Below are positions 18,147 through 26,664 of a DNA stretch of 26,664 nt, in pieces (within the stretch, counting starts at the first letter, position 1; each line of letters begins with the position of its first letter). The stretch comes from Octopus sinensis (lineage: Eukaryota). Position numbers and translations under genes: made by a program. The stretch covers positions 1 to 26,664 of the forward strand of contig NW_021837006.1 of NCBI RefSeq assembly GCF_006345805.1. The letters run 5' to 3'. The notes under the pieces are model-generated. The model saw only the letters and a list, made by a program, of their open reading frames with translations. It was not told where the DNA came from and searched no databases.

Positions 18147-20216
18147 TTAAATCCTTTAAAATGTTTTAGCCGGAGGCCGCGGCCATGCTGGGGCACCACC
18201 GCTGAATGAGCCACACTAGTTTGTGAATCACCTCTGATACGTGGCACTTGATCAACAAGGGAGTTCGACGCTGCTGCCCGCATCTGCGTCTCCTGTCGTG
18301 AGGTAGGTTCATCTGGGACTCCCGACAAGATGAGATCCAGTTAGTTTTAAAGAAACCCACATCCACATCATGTAAGTCTCTCAGGCATTTAGGGAGGATG
18401 TTAAAGAGCTGTGGTCCTCTGAAACCCAAGCTGTTTGCAGTATCTGGACCGTATTTTGATGGTGATGTTGGAATCTTTGGCCCCATGCAGTGGCGCCCCG
18501 TCTGCGGTTGGGGTAACTTTGAATGCCAAAGTTTGGGACAAGACCCTCTAGGATTTTCCAGTTGTATATCACCGTATATCTCTCCCGCCTCCGCTCTAGG
18601 GCGAAGAGGTTTAATACCTTCAGTCTTTCCAAGTAGCTGATATTTTGCATTGAGACGATTTTCTTTGTGTAGCTTCTCTGAATTGCTTCGAGTTCTGCTG
18701 TTAGTTTTATATTGTATGGTGACCATAGTTGGGACCAGTAGTCCAAGCGGCTGAGGACCAATGTTTTCCATAGGACCATCAGTGTCTCCTTCTCTTTTGT
18801 TCTGAAAGTTCGGAGAATCCATCCAGCTAGCCGTCTGCATTTATCACCAGATTAGCAATATGCACTTGGGAAGATGCATCATTGCTCATGTCATGCCAGG
18901 TCACCACTGATTTTGACTCAGGGATTGCAATTCTTCCTGGGCCAGTGTTATCCAGTCTGGCACGTCGTTACGTTTACCGTGTGTGCCAGTAGCGCAGGGC
19001 CTGGAACTTACTGCATTTAAACTGCATGTTGTTGTCCTCAGCCACCTGTATATTGTGTCCAATCTGTTGCAGATGAGCAATATTTTCAGGGTTTTGTATT
19101 GCATGGGAGACTTTTGTGTCATCTGCATAGCTAGCAAGGGTGCTCATCGTAGCAACTGAAGGCATGTCTGAAAGGGCCACTATGAACATCAGTGGGCCCC
19201 AAGACAGTGCCCTGTGGGACACCGCTTTGTTATTTGTGTTTCTTTGGAAGTGGCTCCATTGCTCACAAACTGCCTGTTTTCTGTCTTTTAGGAAGTTGTG
19301 CAGCCACTCTCCAAGTTTCCGCCTATGCCGAGACAACGCAGTTGTGACAGATCATACCATGGTCGACTTTATCAAAGGCTTTTGCAAAGTCGAGATATAT
19401 TACATCCACATTTAGCCATTTAGTAGCTGTTTCAACACCCAGTCATAGTGTTGCAAGAGCTGTGTTAGGCAGCTTCTACCTGGTTGAAATCCATGCTGGG
19501 TGTCAGAAAGCAGCAAGTTCTTTCTTCAAGGAACATGATTAGTTTCTTACAGACTATTCGTTCCATGACTTTGCTGATGTATGAGGTCAGAGAGATAGGC
19601 CTATAATTTTGTAGCATCTGCTGCTACCTCCCTTATGGATAGGGCATACTACCCCCTCTTTCAATTTGACTGGGAGCTTACCACTTGCAAGAAAGCTCTG
19701 AAAAAGAAGCTGTTGCGGTTTTGCAAGGGCTCGTTTGCATGATTGAGAAGGATCGCTGGGAATCCATCAGGTTCAGCAGCTGAGTTTGTGTCAATCTCAT
19801 CTATGGCTAGTGTGATGTTGATGTACTCAATTTTTGCCTCTTTGCCGCAGGTTAAAGTGGCAAAGAATTCTTCTGGGTTGGTACTTGCCTGTGTCCTAGA
19901 GGTATAGTGAACACACTTTGGAATTGTTCGTTCAGTATTTCACTTATCCTCGTGGGATTTCCTGTGAGAGAGCCATCTTTTTGAAGAGAGGTCCTATTCT
20001 CTGGTGCACTGTGGCTGTCTCTTTGGCAAACTTAAAGAAAGCTTTAGGGTTTGATTTTCTATTTTCTATTACCCAAGCTTCTATCTTGCTCTCTCCTTTT
20101 CAGGGACTGTTGCAGACTTTTCTCAATTTCCATTGCATTCTCTCGAGCCGAGATTCTCACCACTTTGGTGTGCTGCTCAGGCGGTTCGCAATCCTTGTCC
20201 GTCGTCTCATAAGAAT
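18144..20216 (-). mobile_element. CR1/L2-group (Jockey superfamily) LINE, 5'-truncated, with disrupted RT and intact 3' tail
   Basis: Minus-strand motifs: PIHKGG...NYRPISLTS...KVMERIV...QHGFQPGRSCLTQLL...YLDFAKAFDKVDH...PQGTVL.GPLMF...SYADDTK...LVLSRLDYWSQLWSP...LERRRERY...SNSLVDQ. It ends in the short repeat tttaaagga-tttaagga and has TA tracts on both sides. Confidence 0.93.
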
Positions 20217-20217
20217 C

Positions 20218-20258
<41 letters not shown>

Positions 20259-20262
<4 letters not shown>

Positions 20263-20300
20263 CCATGTGGCTGGGAACTAGCTTCTTACCACACAGCCAG
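20259..20300 (-). mobile_element. SINE family A head fragment
   Basis: gaaccatgtggctgggaactagcttcttaccacacagcc is the reverse complement of the family A head. Confidence 0.75.
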
Positions 20301-20318
20301 GGCACAAATTTGTATTAA

Positions 20319-20521
20319 TCCTTTAGCATTCAGGTAACTCTGTGAAATGTAACGATTATTTAAAACATTATTTTGATTTCATTCTGCATTTTCGTGCGAC
20401 TTTGGAAGATGTAATTGTTAATTCTTGGAATGACAGGTGTGAGCGGCCACACCTGACAGATCTGAACATAAAAACAGGTAAAATAATTTGACCTGATAGG
20501 CCACGTTAAATGCTAAAATGG
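20319..20521. mobile_element. piggyBac-type MITE (~203 bp)
   Basis: TTAA at 20315-20318 and 20522-20525 flanks imperfect TIRs tcctttagcatt and aatgctaaaatgg. A TTAA duplication is the piggyBac hallmark. Confidence 0.7.
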
Positions 20522-20599
20522 TTAAAATGCGTTTCTCTTTTGCTAAAATTGGAATTAGTTTATTGAATTACCACATATATCCTGAACTAACTCACGCAC

Positions 20600-20900
20600 A
20601 ATTTATGCATACATACATACATACATACATACACATATGCACACAGACACACATACATACATACATACATACATACATACATACATACATACACATTCAT
20701 GCATACACTCACATATACATCATCAATACATACATACGTACATATATATATGCATGCACACACATACATCATACATACATGCATACAAACATACATACAT
20801 ACATACATACATACATACATACATACATACAAACATACATACACACATACATACACACATAAATGCACTCACACATATATCAAACATACATATGTACATA
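20600..20900. repeat. (TACA)n/(CA)n compound microsatellite
   Basis: Direct reading. It generates the HTYI-repeat ORFs in the track. Confidence 0.9.
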
Positions 20901-20901
20901 C

Positions 20902-21418
20902 ATATACACACATACATGCGTGCATACATACATACATGCACACACATACAGACATGTACCACACAGTGCATCAGCCACTTGCATGTTAAGTTCACGAGCA
21001 AGGTGTTCCATTGATCAGATCAAGTGGAACACTTGTCGTCATAACCGATGGAGTGACAGTTACACACACACACACACACACACCACACACACACACACGC
21101 GTGCGCGCACGTACGCTAGCGCGCGTGCGACGGGTTTCTTTCAGTTTTCGTGTACCAAATACAACATGCAAGGCTTTTAGTCGGCCCGAGACTATAAGAG
21201 AAGGCACTAACGACTAACCCAAGGTCCCAAGCCGTGGTATTGAACCCTAAATCATGTGGGGGAGAAGCAACCTTCTTATCACACACACACAAGCTCACAC
21301 ACACACACGCACACACACACACACGCACACACACACACATACACAGAGACACGTATTTATATATGTGTATGTATATGATATATACAAATATATGTGTACA
21401 TTTATATGTATATTTGTA
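20902..21418 (+). repeat. 516-bp block, copy 2 (duplicate of 12983-13498), including a SINE A half at ~21129-21287 (-)
   Basis: Only about 3-5 substitutions plus microsatellite length differences relative to copy 1. Confidence 0.95.
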
Positions 21419-21701
21419 AGTATATATTTGTGTTGTATATACATACTTATATCTATCTATCTATCTATCTATCTATATATATATTATATAATATATATAT
21501 ATATATTATATATAGATATATATATTATATAGTAGATAGATAGAGAGATATAGATATATATATAGATATGTATACATTATCTTATATACAAATATATATA
21601 TGTACATTTATATGTATATATTTGTATATATGTATATGTATATACACATACATACATATGTGTATATATATATATGTGTGGTGTATTTATATATATATAT
21701 A

Positions 21702-21773
<72 letters not shown>

Positions 21774-22288
21774 TTATATATATATGTGTTTGTTTGTGTG
21801 TGTGTGTCCCAAAAAATTGAATATGAACGTAACAGACGACAATAAAAATATGCAAAGACGATACAAACAGAAACAGGAAAACCAGCACGAATCATTCGTA
21901 GCCTTCCGTTCATAAGTCAAGTTTCCAATATATATATATATGCGACATATATATCACATATATATATATATATCACATATAGAGGAGTCTTGTCTTAGGG
22001 TGGAACAGGTGGTGTAGATGGGAGAAAGGTAAAAAAATGCAAGATACTTTGGACGGAAGTTAAGTAGGAAAAGAGAAATGGGAAGCGGAGAGAGAAGCGT
22101 TGTATTGAAAAGAATGTAACGTAGAGTGAACAGGTGTTGAATCAATAGAAGAATAGTGAATAAGATAATACATTAAAATAACATAAAATACTGTTTCAAG
22201 AAGAATGGAACAGAACGAGTTTGTATGAGGCGAATGAATGGGGATAAATAAAGGCACATTTATAGAGCTTTGGTAGAGAAGAAAATTT

Positions 22289-22333
<45 letters not shown>

Positions 22334-22351
22334 ACACACATACACACATTT

Positions 22352-22398
22352 ACAAACAGCTACTCAGAGTTTCACGGTACCGTTCGTCGGACAGTTGT
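22352..22398 (-). ncRNA. Hammerhead-like motif with variant CCGACGA core
   Basis: Minus strand: acaactgt-CCGACGA-acggtaccgt-GAAA-C-tctga-GTA-gctgtttgt. Stem II is palindromic. Stem I is imperfect (U-G, G-C, U.U, C-G, A-U, A-U). Confidence 0.55.
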
Positions 22399-22647
22399 GA
22401 TCATACTCTGATCATACTCACACACACTGCTTTAATAAAAGGCATATTACTCTACCTTTGGTATTCGAGTACTATTTTGTTCCCAACTTGTTTTACATAT
22501 CCTTACTCATGTCTATGTGTGTGTTTGTGTGTGTATACATGTATGTATGTATGTATGTATGTATGTATGTATGTATTAATTATTTAGGAGGTACGTAATA
22601 TTGTGTATGTATATATATATGTTCGCTTGTATATATATATATATATT

Positions 22648-22683
<36 letters not shown>

Positions 22684-22718
22684 ATATTTATATGTATGTC
22701 TGTATAATATATATATAT

Positions 22719-22749
<31 letters not shown>

Positions 22750-22764
22750 AATATATATACATAC

Positions 22765-22816
<52 letters not shown>

Positions 22817-22926
22817 GTGTATATATGTATGTATATATTGTAGGTCCCGGGTTGAGTCGGGGTAAACCACAGTAAATAAGGTACTCAATACATAGCAGAG
22901 TAAAGTAATTTATTTTATAGAAGGAG

Positions 22927-22979
22927 CTTTCTACAGGACTACAACTGTTTCACATTCAGATGAAATCTTCAGGAGAAAG
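22927..22979 (-). ncRNA. Degenerate minimal type I hammerhead
   Basis: Minus strand: ctttctc-CTGAAGA-tttcatctgaatgt-GAAA-C-agtt-GTA-gtcctgtagaaag. Stem I would be a perfect 13 bp if 6 nt (acagga) were restored in the 5' strand. AATAAA follows. Confidence 0.55.
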
Positions 22980-23063
22980 ATTACATATATATATACATAT
23001 ATATGTATATATATATATGTATATATATATATGTATATATATATATATGTATATATATATATG

Positions 23064-23112
<49 letters not shown>

Positions 23113-23129
23113 ATATACATTGTGTGTGT

Positions 23130-23240
23130 GTGTATGTTCGTGTTTATCCCCACAACAGCTTGACCACCGGTTTTGCTTCATTTACGTCTGTGTAAATTAG
23201 CGGTTCGGCAATAGAATGATAGAATTACTGCCAGTCCTTT
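23130..23240 (+). mobile_element. SINE family A, degenerate 3'-half fragment
   Basis: gtgtttatccccacaacagcttgaccaccgg...tttacgtctgtgtaaattagcggttcggcaatagaatgatagaat. Confidence 0.7.
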
Positions 23241-23254
23241 AAAAATAAAATAAT

Positions 23255-23337
23255 TATGCCATTGATTAACTGGTACTTATTTTATCGACCCTTAAATGAA
23301 AAAAGGCAAAGTTGATCTCGGCGGAATTTGAACTCAG
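23255..23337 (-). mobile_element. SINE family C fragment
   Basis: Minus strand: ctgagttcaaattccgccgagatcaactttgcc...gggtcgataaaataagtaccagttaa. Confidence 0.75.
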
Positions 23338-23359
23338 ATTATTATTATTATTATTATTA

Positions 23360-23409
<50 letters not shown>

Positions 23410-23455
23410 GATTATTATTATTATTATCATTATTATTATTATTATCATTATTATT
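23338..23455. repeat. (ATT)n = (TAA)n on the minus strand, ~39 units
   Basis: Direct reading. It abuts the 3' end of the R4/Dong-like element. Confidence 0.95.
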
Positions 23456-26400
23456 CAGTAGTTTTATTTCACTTCACTACCGAGCACAGCTCTGTGTGCC
23501 TTGGGTATGTGCTGTGATTTGTTGTGATACTCTGATGGTTATTGTATGGAAAGTGTTCTGCGTAGGATGTGTGCAGTGCCTAGTAGTGCAATTTTCTGTA
23601 TGTTATATGTGTTTGTAAGTCCTGGTGTTTTTGTTATGTATCTGTCTGAATATTTTTTTATCATGCCTAATGCACCTACTATGATAGGAATTGTTTCTGT
23701 TTTCAGATTCCACATTCTAGTTACCTCTATTTCCAGGTCTTTGTATTTTGAGAGTTTCTCCATTTCTTTTAGAGACACGTTGTCATCAGCCGGTATTGAT
23801 ACATCAATTAGAAAGCATTTTTTTTCTTCATGATCTCTGACAACTATATCTGGTCTGTTGGCCTTAATTTCTCTATCTGTGTTATCGGCATATCCCAGAG
23901 TATGGTTGCTTTCTCGTTTTCTGTGACCTTTTCTGGTGTGTGCCTATACCATCTTTTTTCTGTTGTTATTCCATAATGTTGGCATAGCTTCCAATGTATG
24001 TAGGTTCCAACTCTGTCATGTCTGTGATATATTCCTTCTTAGCCAAGACTGGGCAGCTAGAGATATATGATTTATTGTTTCTTGTCCATCTCCACATATT
24101 CTGCAGTTACTTGTAATATTTCTTTCATTACATGTTTTTGGTAATTTCTGGTGGGAGGCTTTGGTCTTGTGCTGCAATTAAAAATCCGTCTGTTTCTGAT
24201 TTGAGTCCTGAGCTGCTCAACCATTGCTGGGATTTTTCTTTGTCTATTTTCTTTTTGCGTTTAGTTTAGTCCAGTATTTACCATGAAGGGTGCTTTTCTT
24301 GCCATCGTTTTATCATGGTTCGTTGCTGTTCTATTTTTAGTTTGGATTTCATTTGTTTTATAGCTTTTGTTGTTTCTTCTTCTTCATCTTCTTCTTCTCT
24401 TCATGTTTTATTAGGTGGTATGATTTCTTGTTGTATTTGTCAGCTTCCTTTAAATACTGAGAACAGTTTTTTGTTTTGCTCGTGTTTTGCGCTATCTGGA
24501 TCAATTTTCCTTCCTTCTGAAGTAGATATTTTTGCAGTCCTATGGTGGTTATTTTATAGTAGTTTTCCAGCTGTATAAGGGCCTCTACCACCTTCTATAC
24601 GTTGTATATATAGTCTTTCTATGTCAGATTTTGGGTGATGCATCCTAGATCCTGTCAATATTTTTCTTGTTTTCCTATCTATTTTGGTCAGTTCATTTCG
24701 TGTCCAGTTAAGGATATTGTAGCTGTAACTGATAACTGGGACAGCTAAAGTGTTGATACCTATTATCTTGTTTTTAGCATTGAGCTCTGTGTTTAGTATT
24801 GATCTAACTCGTCTATAATATTCTTTTTTTATTTTCTCTTTCATTTGTGTGTGTTGTGTCTTATCTAGTTCATGGATTCCTAAGTATTTGTAAGTTTGGC
24901 TTTGGTCTAATTCTTTTATTTCATTGGTTTTATCTAGTGTGATGTTGTTACTCTTAACTAGTTTTCCTCTTTTCAGAGTTACTTTGGCGCATTTTTCTAA
25001 TCCAAATTTCATATCTATTTCTTTGGTAAATCCATGAACTGTCTTTAATAGTGTTTCCGCTGTTTGTCATTTGCGCGTATAGTTTTAGGTCATCCATATA
25101 TAAAAGGTGGCTGATCGTTTTGCCGTAACATTTATATCCGCATCCAGTTCTATTTAGCATATCAGATAGAGGTGACAGTGCCAAGCAGAAAAGGAGTGGA
25201 GAGAGCGTGTCTCCCTGGAATATTCCTCTTCTAATGGGGATGTCTTTGGTTTTCATGAGTCCCTCTTTTGTTTGGAGGTGTAGGACTGTTTTGCCATTTA
25301 TTCATAGAGTGCTCTATGAATTTTATGATTGTTGGTGCTACTTTGTTAATGGCTAGTTTTTTCGAAGATCCATGTGTGGGGGATGATATCAAACGCCTTT
25401 TTGTAGTCAATCCAGGCCATACTGGAGGCCTTTTCTTCTTTCTGTGGCTGTCTTCAGTTATGGCTTTATTAATCATTAGTTGATCTTTACAGCCATATGA
25501 AGCCTTTGCGGCATCCTTTCTTCTGCTCTTCTGGGAACAGTTTGTTTTCGTCCAGGTGCTTGTTCAGACCTCTGTGATATCACTGCAGTAAATGCCTGAA
25601 CATAGTAGGGAGGCAGGTTATTGGTCTGTCAGTTTTCTGGTTTTTCTGTTTCATTTGATTTGGGAATTAAGATGGTTTTCCCCTTCGTGAGCCATTCAGG
25701 CATTGCTCTGGCTCTGCTAGTACTTTGTTAAAGTTTTCAGCCAGCTTTTTGCGCATTCCTGTTAGATATTTCAACCAGAAGTTGGGGATCTTGTCATGCC
25801 CAGGTGCCTTCCAGTTGCTTAGTCTTTGCAGTGCCTGGGTGACCTCTTCAGTTGTTATGGGGTCCAAAGTTGTTCAGATGCCGAGTTTGTTATTCTGATA
25901 CTCCTTTTTTTTGGTGGTTCGTTCGCCGACCATATTTCTCCCCAAAATTCTTCCAATTCTTCTGCCGTTGGTGCTGCAGTGACTTCTATTTTAATTTTTG
26001 CTCAGTTCTTGGTAGAACTTTTTGGGGTCGGAGTTGAACTTTTTGTTTCTTCAAAGAAGCGTTGGCGTTTCTTGTACCGGCGGATCCTTTGTCTTGGCAA
26101 GGATATCTTGCTTCAGCTTTTCTTTTATTTCAGGCAAATCTTTCTCTGTGATGTTTATTTTGCGGAGTATTTTTGTTCTCTTTGTTGCTCAGTAGCGTTG
26201 ATTGTTTGCTGATTTCATTAAGAATCGACAGGTCTTTCTAATTTTTTTATTTTTGCTTTGGATGTCATTTATCCACAGGGTTTGTTTGGGTGGTGGTACT
26301 CCGTTTGGGCGGGTTTGGGTGAGTATCCAGCTTCTTTTGTGGCTGCAGTGGCTGCTGCGTATATTAGGTTATTTAGCTCAGTGATATCACTTTTTTTTTT

Positions 26401-26664
26401 TATTCAGGGCTATCAGTTCAGTGACGGCTAGGTTTATGCTGTTTATAATAGGTGTTGTTATTTTGTTTATTTTGATTCTTGGGAGATATGGTCGGTGGTC
26501 CATTTTGGCTCTGTGGTTTTCAGTTCTTTGATTATTTTATTTTTTATATTATCATAATCATTAGGCTCCCCTTCGTTGTTTACATCGTGTTTGTTGGGAA
26601 TGTTGCGTTTGTCTCGTGTTTTACAGTTCAGTGTTTATATTATTGGGCATTGTTGTGTGGCTTC
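23456..26664 (-). mobile_element. R4/Dong-clade (R2 superfamily) non-LTR retrotransposon with RT, CCHC and REL endonuclease; frameshifted and running off the window end
   Basis: Minus-strand motifs: NWKAPGHDKIPNFWLK, RRGIFQGDTLSPLLFCLAL, HLLYMDDLKLYA, MKFGLEKCAK, CRICG...ETINHI.SSC..LA...Y..RHD, NRPDIVV, LIDVSIP, EKLSKYKDL, PIIVGALG, ALLGTAHILRRTL* (stop at 23539). The 3' UTR is about 80 nt. Confidence 0.9.

Noticed and set aside
18166-18840. 224-aa ORF suggesting an intact gene
   Set aside because: Frameshift mosaic of the CR1/L2 ORF2 C-terminus; only part is in the true frame.
229-23448. Dozens of track ORFs rich in YI/HT/CV/I repeats
   Set aside because: They are translations of (TA)n, (CA)n, (TACA)n and (ATT)n microsatellites, which lack stops in some frames. 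There is no protein signal.
1-26664. CRISPR array, rRNA, prokaryotic operon or spliced host gene
   Set aside because: No repeat-spacer array, rRNA motifs or credible exon chain. Non-repeat islands are short and show no recognisable coding signal.

Overview
This is AT-rich, microsatellite-dense eukaryotic DNA. The SINE and LINE complement suggests a coleoid cephalopod, probably Octopus; that assignment comes from pattern recognition, not a search. I found no host exon, intact gene, rRNA, true tRNA or CRISPR array. Most ORFs in the supplied track are microsatellite read-throughs or frameshifted transposon fragments. The window is a mosaic of mobile-element relics: (1) a 5'-truncated Penelope-like element (PLE; RT plus GIY-YIG, 13791-17620, +) ending in an apparently intact minimal type I hammerhead ribozyme (HHR); (2) a CR1/L2-group LINE 3' fragment (18144-20216, -) whose 3' tail is shared with the dominant tRNA-headed SINE; (3) an R4/Dong-like RT plus restriction-like-endonuclease LINE (23456 to window end, -) abutting a (TAA)n array; (4) an RTE-like relic, a Tc1/mariner relic, two MITEs and more than 15 SINE copies or fragments from 3-4 families. 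The most interesting unexplained signal is a set of short HHR-like modules outside the PLE. Three of these (two inside a 141-bp palindrome at 4349-4489 and one at 22352-22398) point to a shared non-canonical CCGANGA core with a self-complementary stem III. The window also has a high density of fold-back structures and a recent near-identical 516-bp duplication. Coordinates were read by eye and may be off by a few bases at degenerate ends.
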